Shown: positions 1 through 9,404, numbered from the stretch's first letter. The stretch: 64,000 nucleotides of DNA from Candidatus Omnitrophota bacterium (GCA_030650425.1 JAUSED010000009.1:142846-206845), one strand, 5' to 3'. Made by a program: numbers and translations. Notes: a model not told the origin generated them from the letters alone.

Positions 1-3000
1 GGCCGATAGGAGGAGACTTTAACGGAGACGCAAAGACCGACGTCGGAATTTATAACAATACCACCGGAGAATTAAAAATCATTCTCTCCAATGGAGGCGA
101 TGCTAAAACCAGCCAAGGTTCATTTTCCGCTGGAAGTACCTGGTTTAATTTTTCCGGAGCGTCTTATTCCTGGCAGCCGTTTACCGGTAACTTTAATGGC
201 GACAAATACACTGACTTTGGCCTCTATAATGTCGATACCGGCGAAGTAAAAGCCGCCTTAGGCATCCCGCCACAAGGCGCGGGACAGGCAGGCAGCGGTT
301 TTGGGCCACTGACTACTTGGGCAAGCAGCGCAGGGGGCTATACCGCGCTCTCAGGAGATTTTAACGCGGATGGTTTAACTGATCTTTGTTTATTTAAGAA
401 ATCCAGCGGCGAATTCAAGGTAGCTTTTTCTAACTCCAAGTCTTTTGTTGATGAATCAACTTGGATTACCGGCTATGCTACGGATAAAGACGCGCTGGTT
501 TCTGACTTTAACAATGACGGCTTAACCGATATTGGTTATTGGGATAAGACAACAGGCAGGTGGTATTACGCCATCTCCACCGGTGATAAATTCGTCGATA
601 AAGGGGTTTGGCTAGATAGTTTTGGCTCAAGTAATGATGAATCCGCTACCACCGGTGATTTTAACGGTAACGGTATCACCGACGCTGCTACCTTTGATAA
701 AGACCAGCTCGGGATTGACCGTTGGACCACCCGCCTCTCTACCAATCAACCCGCGGATCTCCTCACTGAAATCGATAACGGCATCGGCGGCAAGACTAAA
801 ATTACCTACACTTATGCCGCAAGCGAAGACAATCTCGGCTTGCCATTCCCGGTTTATGTGGCTTCATCTATCAGTCTAATTAATACTTTTCCAACTGAGC
901 GCGCGGCTACCTACACCCAAAACTTTAGCTTCTCCGGCGGTTATTTCGATACCACTGAGCGCGAATTCCGCGGCTTTGCCAAAGTAAGGGTAACAGATCC
1001 AATTACCCATAACTACAGCGAAACCTACTTTTATCAGGGTAAGTCCGATGAAACCGATCCTTTCAAAAAGGATGGCGCGCTCAAAGGACAAATTGATAAG
1101 GTGATTGCTTATGATGGGAGTAACCGTAAAATCAGCGAAACAGTAAACACCTACGAAGTCAAAAAGGCCGGGCCTGAGGACAGGTTCTTAGGCTTTCCCA
1201 GCCTAAAAGAACAAAACACCACGGTCTACGAAGAAAACGGCAGCTCGCTTGCAACCAAAAACACCTTTAGCTATGACAATATCGGTAATCTCACCGGAGA
1301 AACAAGCTACGGCGATATTACCAAAACCGGAGATGAAAAATCAACCTCAAATACCTACGCCCAAGCCTATAGCTACAACACCACTGCTAGCTCCGGCTTT
1401 AACCGTCCGCTAGAATCCTCTCTCAAAGACAAAGATGGGAATATCGTCACCCAGAAAAACTTTGAGTATGACGCAAAAGGAAACCTCGCTAAAGATATTG
1501 TCTTGATCTCCAACCCGCTCACCAGTTCAGTCGTTACCACCCAAACCCAATACAGCTATGACGACTACGGCAACCTCACCTCAACCACCAATGCCTTAGG
1601 TAAGTCTGTTACCACCGAATACGAAACCGACCTTTACACCTATCCAGCCAAAGTCACTAACTCCCTAGCTCATTCCATAAGCTATATTTATGACCCGAAG
1701 TTTGGTGTGGTTAAGTCTGTCACCGATACTAATGGCGCTACCTCAAGCACAACCTATGATTCCTTTGCTAGGCCAGTACAAGTAAAGAATGCCTATGATC
1801 AAGTAGTGACAACCTATACCTACCCTGATTTTAACACTAAAACCACCACTAACGCCGTAGGCCTCTTTAAAACCGAGTATATTGACGGCTTAGGCAGAAA
1901 ATATAAAGCTATCTCCAGCGGTGAAGATGGCGCGTCTCAAAGGAATATCTCTAGCGAGGTTTTCTACAATGAAAGGGGATTAACCGCTAGCGAATCCCTG
2001 GCGCATTATGTTGATGAAGACGCCGGTAATATTTCCTATATCAGATATAGATATGACAAAAGAGGCAGGATAGCCGAGACTATCTCTGATTTCGCTACCC
2101 CAATGCAAGAGACAGGAGAACCTGGCGATTACAGCCAGCTTACTGGTAAAGATACCTTTAGCTCGATTTCTTACCTTACTCCTCTCTATGTGGAAACCAC
2201 TGACCCTCTAGGCCACCGCAAAGGCACGCTTAAGGATGTTTACGGTAATATCCTGGAAGTAAGAGAGTTTATCCATGCGGATAACGAAACCAAGCCTGAT
2301 GGCGCATTCCACACCTACTATGAATACGACACCCAGAATAACCTCACTAAAACCACGGATAACAAAGGTAACACTACCCAAATCTTCTATGACTCCATCG
2401 GCAGAAAGCTGAAGATGATTGACCCGGATATGGGTACCTGGAGCTATGAATATGATATACTAGGTAACCTAAAGAAGCAAACCGATGCCAAGGGCCAAAT
2501 CCTCACTTTTGAATACGACGATCTCAACCGCCTTGCAAAGAAATCGTCATTGCGAGGCAGCGAAGCTGCCGAAGCAATCTCTGAATATTTCTACGATGAC
2601 CCAGCTAAAGACAACTGCGTAGGAAGGCTATCTAAAATCACCGACCTCTCCGGCTCAACCGAATTCTTCTATGATAAGCTAGGCAGGGAAGTAAAAAGCA
2701 TTAAGTCATTGCGAGGCACCGAAGGTGCCGGAACAATCTCCTACACTGTCCAGCGCGAATACGATGTTTTAGACCGCCTGACTAAATTAACCTATCCCGA
2801 TGGCGAAGCAGTAAATTACACCTACGACACCAACTCCGGCTTACTTAAGTCATTGCGAGGCACCGCAGGTACCGAAGCAATCTCTTACGTCCAGAATATG
2901 TCCTACAACGCCAAAGGCCAATCCACCAATATCCTCTACGGCAACAATGTCCAGACTACTTACACCTATGGCCAAGACTTACGTCTTGCGAATATATCCA

Positions 3001-4787
3001 CTATCCACAGTCCATCATCTACCATCCTTCAAAACTTAGATTATACCTTCGACCACAACGGTAACCTGACTGATCTAAACGATGCCATAAGGAATAAAAA
3101 GCGTAACTATACTTACGATGACTTAGACCGTTTAATCAGCGCAAAAAATACTCCTGCGCCCGGAGGCCTATATGGAGATTTCTACTATAGCTATAACTCG
3201 ATAGGTAATATGTTTGAAAAAACTGAACCAAACAACTCTACCATAACTATGGGCTATGGCAAGGACGCAGGACCGCATGCTTTAACTAGCGTAGGAAATT
3301 GTAACTACCAATACGATGCCAATGGTAATATGACTGTCGGTAAAAACAAAATTCTTAGCTACGACACTGAGAACCGATTACTGAGCGTAAATGAACAAGG
3401 TATAATCACTTCATTCCTTTATGATGGAGATGGAGGGAGGGTAAGAAAGACCACCGGCTCAAATTCTACCACCTACATCGGCTCGCTCTTTGAAAAGGAT
3501 TCCAGCGGTAAAATCACTAAACATATCTTCGCCGGCTCAAACCGGGTAGCCTCTGCTATAGCGAACCCTGATGGAACTAAACAAACTCTATATTACCACA
3601 GCGATCACTTAGGTTCATCTAACGTGATTACCGATCAAACCGGCTCACTTGTGCAATATTGCGAATACACTCCTTATGGTTCGCTTGCCCGTAACGAAGG
3701 CACTGATGTAGCAACCCATAAATTCACCGGTAAGGAACTGGATAGGACTGGACTCTACTTCTACGGGGCGAGGTATTACGACCCGGAGATCGGCAGATTT
3801 ATTACTGCCGATACGATTGTCCAAGCTCCTTACAACCCCCAAACCTTAAACCGCTACACTTATTGTGGTAATAATCCGATTAATTATGTGGACCCAACGG
3901 GGCATTGGTTCTGGGCGTTAGTTTGGGTAATAATAGAGGCGGTAAAGGCGTATGCCATAGCACATCCTATCATCGCTGGAGCCATTGCAGGTGCAATTTT
4001 TAATACTGCTATGAATGCCTCTAATATCAATAGCTTCGGCAGTTTTATGACTTATGCAGCTATAGGCGCAGTAGCGGGCGCGGCTGGTGGAGGTGTTGGA
4101 GCATATATAGGAGCTAGTAGCGCGTTCTGGGGAACGGCCGCAGGCGCTTTTACAGGGGGATTTATTGCTGGGGCTGGAAACGCAGGTTATGGGGGAGCAA
4201 GCTTTGGCCAAGCTATGCTCTCTGGATTAATGGCTGGCGGTATTGCCGCAGCTACAGCAGTGGTAGTTTATGGAGCAATAAAGGTAGGCGAAAAGATAAT
4301 TTCATCAACGCAAAAGGTAGCCACTGCCCAAGCAAAAGCCGTGGGAGAAAAAACACCAGTAGGACAAAAAGATAGCGGTTTAACTACAGAAGTAGGAAAA
4401 GGCACATCTGGTGATCCCATAATTGATGACCCTGGAGTAAAAAAGACGATGGACAGAGCATGGCAAGAATCACTAGATGGTCAAGCAAACGTACATGAAC
4501 AAGGCGGATGGATAGAAGAACATGGTGGATATCGTTGGCCGCAAGGAGAAAGTGGCAGCATTTCGGTTCCAAACACTCGACCATCTGGAACTATAGCGGA
4601 ATTTCACACACACCCCTATTCATCTAGCGAAAGGTTTTTTCCTGGACCGAGTCCGAGTGATTTTTCAGGATTCAATGATCCATCATCAAGCGTATATGGC
4701 ATAAGACATTTTATTGTAGACAGGCAGGGAGTTATCGAATATCATGCTGATGGAAATTGGAATTATATAAAATCTTCTTCAGATTAA
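1..4787 (+). CDS. Rhs/YD-repeat polymorphic toxin, 5'-partial (continues upstream of window): FG-GAP-like repeats, YD repeats, RHS core, ~294-aa C-terminal toxin tip
   Basis: Frame 3 is open from nt 3 with no stop before the ORF-track TTG at 840. Five DFNGDGxTD FG-GAP-like repeats in 1..700; many YDxxGN YD repeats; RHS core RYYDPEIGRF...YVDPTGH at ~3760..3903; variable C-terminal tip follows. Confidence 0.9.
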   Translation, partial: PIGGDFNGDAKTDVGIYNNTTGELKIILSNGGDAKTSQGSFSAGSTWFNFSGASYSWQPFTGNFNGDKYTDFGLYNVDTGEVKAALGIPPQGAGQAGSGFGPLTTWASSAGGYTALSGDFNADGLTDLCLFKKSSGEFKVAFSNSKSFVDESTWITGYATDKDALVSDFNNDGLTDIGYWDKTTGRWYYAISTGDKFVDKGVWLDSFGSSNDESATTGDFNGNGITDAATFDKDQLGIDRWTTRLSTNQPADLLTEIDNGIGGKTKITYTYAASEDNLGLPFPVYVASSISLINTFPTERAATYTQNFSFSGGYFDTTEREFRGFAKVRVTDPITHNYSETYFYQGKSDETDPFKKDGALKGQIDKVIAYDGSNRKISETVNTYEVKKAGPEDRFLGFPSLKEQNTTVYEENGSSLATKNTFSYDNIGNLTGETSYGDITKTGDEKSTSNTYAQAYSYNTTASSGFNRPLESSLKDKDGNIVTQKNFEYDAKGNLAKDIVLISNPLTSSVVTTQTQYSYDDYGNLTSTTNALGKSVTTEYETDLYTYPAKVTNSLAHSISYIYDPKFGVVKSVTDTNGATSSTTYDSFARPVQVKNAYDQVVTTYTYPDFNTKTTTNAVGLFKTEYIDGLGRKYKAISSGEDGASQRNISSEVFYNERGLTASESLAHYVDEDAGNISYIRYRYDKRGRIAETISDFATPMQETGEPGDYSQLTGKDTFSSISYLTPLYVETTDPLGHRKGTLKDVYGNILEVREFIHADNETKPDGAFHTYYEYDTQNNLTKTTDNKGNTTQIFYDSIGRKLKMIDPDMGTWSYEYDILGNLKKQTDAKGQILTFEYDDLNRLAKKSSLRGSEAAEAISEYFYDDPAKDNCVGRLSKITDLSGSTEFFYDKLGREVKSIKSLRGTEGAGTISYTVQREYDVLDRLTKLTYPDGEAVNYTYDTNSGLLKSLRGTAGTEAISYVQNMSYNAKGQSTNILYGNNVQTTYTYGQDLRLANISTIHSPSSTILQNLDYTFDHNGNLTDLNDAIRNKKRNYTYDDLDRLISAKNTPAPGGLYGDFYYSYNSIGNMFEKTEPNNSTITMGYGKDAGPHALTSVGNCNYQYDANGNMTVGKNKILSYDTENRLLSVNEQGIITSFLYDGDGGRVRKTTGSNSTTYIGSLFEKDSSGKITKHIFAGSNRVASAIANPDGTKQTLYYHSDHLGSSNVITDQTGSLVQYCEYTPYGSLARNEGTDVATHKFTGKELDRTGLYFYGARYYDPEIGRFITADTIVQAPYNPQTLNRYTYCGNNPINYVDPTGHWFWALVWVIIEAVKAYAIAHPIIAGAIAGAIFNTAMNASNINSFGSFMTYAAIGAVAGAAGGGVGAYIGASSAFWGTAAGAFTGGFIAGAGNAGYGGASFGQAMLSGLMAGGIAAATAVVVYGAIKVGEKIISSTQKVATAQAKAVGEKTPVGQKDSGLTTEVGKGTSGDPIIDDPGVKKTMDRAWQESLDGQANVHEQGGWIEEHGGYRWPQGESGSISVPNTRPSGTIAEFHTHPYSSSERFFPGPSPSDFSGFNDPSSSVYGIRHFIVDRQGVIEYHADGNWNYIKSSSD
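2546..2579. repeat. GTCATTGCGAGG...GAAGCAATC palindromic element, copy 1, in frame inside rhs (encodes SLRGSEAAEAIS)
   Basis: gtcattgcgaggcagcgaagctgccgaagcaatc; internal hairpin ggcagc-gaa-gctgcc. Confidence 0.8.
2705..2738. repeat. Same element, copy 2, in frame inside rhs (encodes SLRGTEGAGTIS)
   Basis: gtcattgcgaggcaccgaaggtgccggaacaatc; hairpin ggcacc-gaa-ggtgcc, compensatory relative to copy 1. Confidence 0.8.
2849..2882. repeat. Same element, copy 3, in frame inside rhs (encodes SLRGTAGTEAIS)
   Basis: gtcattgcgaggcaccgcaggtaccgaagcaatc. Confidence 0.8.
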
Positions 4788-4791
4788 TAAA

Positions 4792-5202
4792 ATGCGTAAA
4801 TTATCAAATAACAGTTTTTTAACTATTAAAGTCTCTATAAAGATCTTACTAATTGTATCCTTATTGACTGGGATGTCTTATGTTAACAAGAAGGAAAATA
4901 TGAAAATTAAATATGAAGACGCGATAAAGATCTCAAATAATTTTCTTCAAAGTAAAGGTTTTGATACGCAAAAAACCGAGACTATTCTTGATCCAAAGAA
5001 TGAAAAGTGGGTTAAGTATTACTCAAACAACAAACTCCTTATTGAATACTATAGTGAACTATTGAAAACGTTAGAAGACAAGAATTACTGGGCAATCCAT
5101 TATGTGCCTAAAAAAATGACTTCTATAATTAAGGGAGGTGGAGCCTGGGTTTTTATTGATGTAACTACTGGAAAAGTGATTTCGTATTTTCTTGAAAAAT
5201 AG
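4792..5202 (+). CDS. Small AT-rich protein with N-terminal hydrophobic segment; candidate cognate immunity protein for the Rhs tip
   Basis: Starts 5 nt after rhs stop, same strand, strong AT shift; N-terminal TM/signal-like segment LLIVSLLTGMSYV; position typical of Rhs immunity genes. Confidence 0.5.
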   Translation: MRKLSNNSFLTIKVSIKILLIVSLLTGMSYVNKKENMKIKYEDAIKISNNFLQSKGFDTQKTETILDPKNEKWVKYYSNNKLLIEYYSELLKTLEDKNYWAIHYVPKKMTSIIKGGGAWVFIDVTTGKVISYFLEK

Positions 5203-5214
5203 AGTCTGTTGCAC

Positions 5215-5295
5215 AGATAATAAGATAACAAAGATAAAAAGATACCAAAAAAAATAACAAAAGATAACGATAACAAGATAACAAGATAACAGATC
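5215..5295. repeat. Degenerate tandem array of (a)GATAACA(a) heptamers
   Basis: gataataagataacaaagataaaaagatacc...gataacgataacaagataacaagataacagatcagg; about 8 units between the immunity gene and the transposase 3' end. Confidence 0.7.
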
Positions 5296-5304
5296 AGGAC
5301 TTTG

Positions 5305-6567
5305 TTAATTTTCAAGGCGTTGGATAAGCCTTTGGGATTTGATTCTTAAGGTTTCAGCGATAGCTTTGTTCTTTGATAAGAGGCAGGTGGAATCAATGAT
5401 GATAAGAGCCGCAATGGCCTCTTTGCATTGGCCGAGGGAAGCGGGTGAGTCTTGGAGTATCTTGGAGAGACAAGCGTTCTGTTTGATCCAGTAAGTCAAT
5501 GACCAGACTAAGAAGGAAATAATCCAATGACGTTGGATCTGTTCTTGGTCGTGGACTTGATACTGGTCAAAACAGAAGTTGTCTTTAAGTTCGCGGAATG
5601 ATTCTTCAATACCCCAGCGCAGAAGATAAGTATCAATAGCGGTTTTAACGGACATCGCGGGGTTATTGGTAATCAGGACATGCGTATCTTTTTCATCGGT
5701 ATCAGACCATTTGTCAAATATAAAGAAGATTTGTAAAGGGGTAGAACAATCCTTGAGTTTGGATTTGATGGCATAAGTAAATATGTGCTTAACTTTGCCG
5801 TTTTGTTGAAGGATTTCAACATGTTTGAGGCGGTGGGCATAGAATTGTTTGATTAGCGGAATAATTTCCTCAGCGCGCATATGCGCTTGTTGTTTAGTTT
5901 TAGGATGAGCAAAAAAGATAGAACGGTTAATTTTTGTTTCAGCGACGAAAACTAAATTTTTTGAGGCGATGAACTCAATCATCTCAGAGGAAGTGTACCA
6001 AGCATCAAAGACGATACTAGAGAAGGGGATATTTTTAGCGACAGCTTCGCTAATCAGCTCTTTAGCCAGATCAGGTTTACTTTTAAAATTCTCCGGCGGC
6101 TGGCCTTGTACAGGGATATAAGATTTAAAGTTGATCGGGAAGTGTTTAGTGTTGGAGACAAAACAGGAAGCGACGGCGACATTGCAATTTTCCTTTTTGC
6201 CCAAAGAGCCGCAGTATTGGAATTGAGCGCCTTCGGTTTTCTTGGCGTGAGGTTTAGGGCAGCCGGTATCATCAAGGGCGAAGACACCATTGGGCGTGGC
6301 GCGCGTTGTTGATTGATTCTGGATGATTTTAAGGCGCGTGTCATTGAGCTTATTGATATCCCAGGAAGAGTCAGAGAAGAAGTATTGGAGTTTTTGATAA
6401 TGAGTATTTGTTCTTCGGGCGATGGCGGATAATGATAAACGTTTGTAGTCGAAGAACATGCCATAGATAAGTCCGCGTAAGGCGGACATTTGGGTATTTG
6501 AAAAAACAGGCTGGAAGCGCGCAAGAAACTGATCGATAAAACGTAAACGAGCGTTGAAATGAGCCAT
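5305..6567 (-). CDS. DDE transposase, IS4/IS701-like
   Basis: 420 aa with transposase-like architecture; DDTG motif in the catalytic region; antisense shadow ORFs inside it. Confidence 0.7.
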   Translation of the reverse strand: MAHFNARLRFIDQFLARFQPVFSNTQMSALRGLIYGMFFDYKRLSLSAIARRTNTHYQKLQYFFSDSSWDINKLNDTRLKIIQNQSTTRATPNGVFALDDTGCPKPHAKKTEGAQFQYCGSLGKKENCNVAVASCFVSNTKHFPINFKSYIPVQGQPPENFKSKPDLAKELISEAVAKNIPFSSIVFDAWYTSSEMIEFIASKNLVFVAETKINRSIFFAHPKTKQQAHMRAEEIIPLIKQFYAHRLKHVEILQQNGKVKHIFTYAIKSKLKDCSTPLQIFFIFDKWSDTDEKDTHVLITNNPAMSVKTAIDTYLLRWGIEESFRELKDNFCFDQYQVHDQEQIQRHWIISFLVWSLTYWIKQNACLSKILQDSPASLGQCKEAIAALIIIDSTCLLSKNKAIAETLRIKSQRLIQRLEN

Positions 6568-6684
6568 AAGCGTTGCTCCTTGTTATGGGTGGAATAATTG
6601 TTCGTATAGGTATATAATAGCAGAGGTTAGGAAGGAAAATCAACAAGAATTTTGACGCAACGCATTGATATGCCGTAAGTTATG

Positions 6685-8287
6685 TAGTTACCGCTGAAAA
6701 ACCCCGTTTATGATTACGCGGGTTAGAAGACAAGATTCTACACTCTGTTTTTATTGTTTGTTTTATTTATTTTTTGTTTTTTCATCCCGTTCATTGAAAA
6801 TCCTTGCCTTTAGCCGTATGCCGTAGCAGTTTTAAGGTTCATTGCCATAAGCCCTAAACGTATCCACATCTCTTCACCATCGGGAATATGGTAACGAATA
6901 CGGTCAAGGCCGTATTTGCGCTTAGCCAGGCTTATCTTTGCTTCAATAGAGCACCTTAAGCGGCGTAGGCGCTCCCTAAAAGGCTTGTGCTCTAGATAAG
7001 AGGATTTACCTTTATTCTCAATGGCAATTTTAGAGATATTTTTCTCTTCGGCCAAGAGGTAATTCTTTTTTGACCAGAATCCTCTGTCGGCAGATAACTG
7101 GCTGGGGTATGATCCAAAGCGTTCTTTGTAAGCGTCAATAGCGGTTCCTAATAAGTTTGAGTCTGAGATATTGGCGAAATTTAAGCTTTCTAAAAAGAGG
7201 CACTTGTTTTTAAGGTTAAGCAGGATTTTTGGCCCAAACTCAACCTCAACCGGGTATTTGCCCCTGACCATAGGCCGGAGATGCGGCTTATGCACAGAGA
7301 CGATGCGTTCCTTTACCGGCAGGCCATGATAAACATCTTTTTGCTGGGTAAGGATTGTACTGGCGGTATCTAGAAAACGTTGCGCCTCTTTGATAAATTC
7401 ATCCTTGGCTTTATCGGCAGTATTCTGATTGGGAGCGGAGATGTTATCCGTTGCTTCCTTAAGCTGGTTTATGTTCCTGCGGGAGAATTGCAGGAGTTTT
7501 CTCTGCGCTCTCCCGCGTGATTGCTTGGTATGATGCCTGATCTTTTGATAGGTGATAAATACTCTTCGAGCTGTGCGTTTGTAGGTGCGGTATGCCTTGG
7601 CGCCGAATTGTTTGGCAGTCTCCAGGTATTTTACCGCTTTCCGGCGCACCTTATCCAGCAGTGACACATCTGTAGGATAGGCGATATCAGCAGGCACAAC
7701 CGTAGTGTCGCAGACTAACCGCCTGCCTTTTAGGAGCCTTGTTCTTTGTAAACTTTTGAAGACTTCCTGTTCAATAAGCTTTACTCCTTCAACGCCGATC
7801 TGCTTCCTGAACTTGCTTAAGGTTGAAGGGTTGATAAAATTCTTAGCCTCTTTAAGAGAGACATCGCAGAGGTATTGAGCATAGATATCACGCTTGATAA
7901 GATCAACCAGTCCGGCATCTGAGTAACGGTATAAGTGCTTTAAGATTAACAGCCCGACCTTGGCACGGGATGGCTTGGCTGGACGGCCGTTATCAGCGCA
8001 ATAGAAACGGGAGAGCTTCTCTGATACCGACACCCAGTCTATTGCCTTGGATATCTTGATAAGCTCGTGGTTTTCATCAACTTCTGGAACGACGAACCAG
8101 TCGTGGGTGAAGCTAAACTGATGCTCTTCTGATTCTTTGGTATACATTTTTTAGGCCTCCTCATTTGTGGTTAAATGCACGATTCTCGACGATATTATAC
8201 CAAATTCCGTGCACTTTGAGGAGAATTATTACAACTATTTTTAACCACTCTCGTCGATAAACATCGAGGGTTTTTCAGCGGTAACTA
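6685..8287 (-). mobile_element. IS1182/IS5-family insertion sequence with 20-bp terminal inverted repeats
   Basis: tagttaccgctgaaaaaccc at 6685..6704 and its exact reverse complement at 8268..8287 flank the transposase ORF. Confidence 0.85.
6810..8147 (-). CDS. IS1182/IS5-family transposase (InsH-type N-terminal domain plus DDE)
   Basis: 445 aa; N-terminus FTHDWFVVPEVDENHELIKISKAIDW...YSDAGLVDLIK matches the InsH/DUF772 N-terminal domain. Confidence 0.8.
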   Translation of the reverse strand: MYTKESEEHQFSFTHDWFVVPEVDENHELIKISKAIDWVSVSEKLSRFYCADNGRPAKPSRAKVGLLILKHLYRYSDAGLVDLIKRDIYAQYLCDVSLKEAKNFINPSTLSKFRKQIGVEGVKLIEQEVFKSLQRTRLLKGRRLVCDTTVVPADIAYPTDVSLLDKVRRKAVKYLETAKQFGAKAYRTYKRTARRVFITYQKIRHHTKQSRGRAQRKLLQFSRRNINQLKEATDNISAPNQNTADKAKDEFIKEAQRFLDTASTILTQQKDVYHGLPVKERIVSVHKPHLRPMVRGKYPVEVEFGPKILLNLKNKCLFLESLNFANISDSNLLGTAIDAYKERFGSYPSQLSADRGFWSKKNYLLAEEKNISKIAIENKGKSSYLEHKPFRERLRRLRCSIEAKISLAKRKYGLDRIRYHIPDGEEMWIRLGLMAMNLKTATAYG

Positions 8288-8545
8288 TGTATTTTCAAAA
8301 GTTACATAAAGACAGTTTTTGAAAATAATCGGGAAGAAAAATATTTTTTAACAATGTACTGAACAGATAACAGACACTTTCCCAGCCAATCGGTACAGTG
8401 TACCGCGCTCAAGATGGAGGGTGTACCTTTGGATCCTAACGGTATTCTTCCGCTGAGTTTACAATTTTTGCCCTGACAGGTTACAAGGGGTATTGATGAG
8501 GTGTAAGGATGAGTTTTATCCCGGCATAAAAATATCCTACTCCTA

Positions 8546-8574
8546 CTTGACAACTCTAAAAGTATGGTGTATAC
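8546..8574 (+). promoter_or_regulatory. Consensus sigma70 promoter for TA module 1
   Basis: TTGACA-17 nt-TATACT. Confidence 0.6.
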
Positions 8575-8621
8575 TTTAAATGTGGCGACATTTGTTGCCA
8601 CATAATAAAAAGGGGGTTATC

Positions 8622-8930
8622 ATGAGCGCAGTAATTGATTTAATAAAAGCAGAGCATGTAGGAGTAAGGGAATTAAGAGACCACTTGTGTGGATTTATGA
8701 AAAACAAAAAACCTGCCATAGTGGTAACCGAAAGAGGGGAACCTATAAGGGTAATTATGTCTTACGCAAAGATGGTTGAATTACTAGAATTCTTTGATGA
8801 AGTTTCAGATCCGGATACTATGAGGAATATCCATGAAGGCGTAGAGGCAATTAAACAAGGTTCTAAAGGCGTTTCTTTTTCGGGAACCTATAAAAAATAT
8901 CATTCAGCGGTCCAAGCGGTAAAAAAATGA
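8622..8930 (+). CDS. Phd/YefM-family antitoxin (module 1)
   Basis: AGGGGG RBS then ATG at 8622; N-terminus ...VRELRDHL...KPAIVVTERGEPIRVIMS typical of Phd/YefM; 4-nt overlap with downstream toxin. Confidence 0.75.
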   Translation: MSAVIDLIKAEHVGVRELRDHLCGFMKNKKPAIVVTERGEPIRVIMSYAKMVELLEFFDEVSDPDTMRNIHEGVEAIKQGSKGVSFSGTYKKYHSAVQAVKK

Positions 8931-9238
8931 GCTACGATATTAGATATCCAACACCAAGGCTGAAAAAGTATTTTGACGAATTTTTGCAAAAAAAGATCCC
9001 GCATAAAAATCAGAGGGAAAAAATAGTAGATGAAGTAGATGGCCTCAGAGACAACCCCAGGCCATTCCATAAAAAAGGGTTTACGGAAATCAAACCGCCG
9101 ATGGCTGTTTCTTATCATTTGGCAGAATACAGATTAAGAATTGGGGATTATCGGATTTTGTATAATGTGGACGATAAGCAGAAGATCGTCTGGATATTAG
9201 ATATAAGGATACGCACGGAGAAAACTTATAGAGGATAG
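8927..9238 (+). CDS. RelE/ParE-family toxin (module 1)
   Basis: C-terminus YRLRIGDYRILYNVDDKQKIVWILDIRIRTEKTY matches the RelE/ParE signature. Confidence 0.8.
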   Translation: MSYDIRYPTPRLKKYFDEFLQKKIPHKNQREKIVDEVDGLRDNPRPFHKKGFTEIKPPMAVSYHLAEYRLRIGDYRILYNVDDKQKIVWILDIRIRTEKTYRG

Positions 9239-9330
9239 AGAAGAAGAAATGAAATGGTAACGGGAAACAGACACTTTCCCAGCCAATCGGGACATAGAAG
9301 AGGGTATACTAGTCATTAAAATAGTCATTT

Positions 9331-9372
9331 TAACCTTGACGGGTTTAGAATTATGATTTATACTTTAAATAG
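9331..9372 (+). promoter_or_regulatory. Sigma70 promoter for TA module 2
   Basis: TTGACG-17 nt-TATACT; same TATACTTTAAAT block as module 1. Confidence 0.55.
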
Positions 9373-9404
9373 CAGGAAGAAAAATATTTATGGAGGCAAA
9401 AGAT

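Noticed and set aside
840-842. TTG at 840 as the rhs start (ORF track)
   Set aside because: The same frame is open back to nt 3 and encodes FG-GAP-like repeats typical of Rhs N-terminal regions. The gene is 5'-truncated by the window edge.
4320-4330. GCCACTG (B12-box-like heptamer) in the rhs tip
   Set aside because: An isolated chance match inside coding sequence with no riboswitch context.
622-4584. Small ORFs inside or antisense to rhs (622..879, 876..1091, 3645..3842, 3918..4211, 4384..4584)
   Set aside because: Shadow or off-frame ORFs within a long well-supported CDS; low-complexity translations.
6054-6646. ORFs 6054..6524, 6106..6312 and 6371..6646 inside the IS4-like transposase
   Set aside because: Overlapping, out-of-frame shadow ORFs of the transposase gene.
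5203-6683. Attempt to define terminal inverted repeats of the IS4/IS701-like element
   Set aside because: Only weak similarity between the flanks; boundaries cannot be fixed without other copies, so only the transposase CDS is reported.
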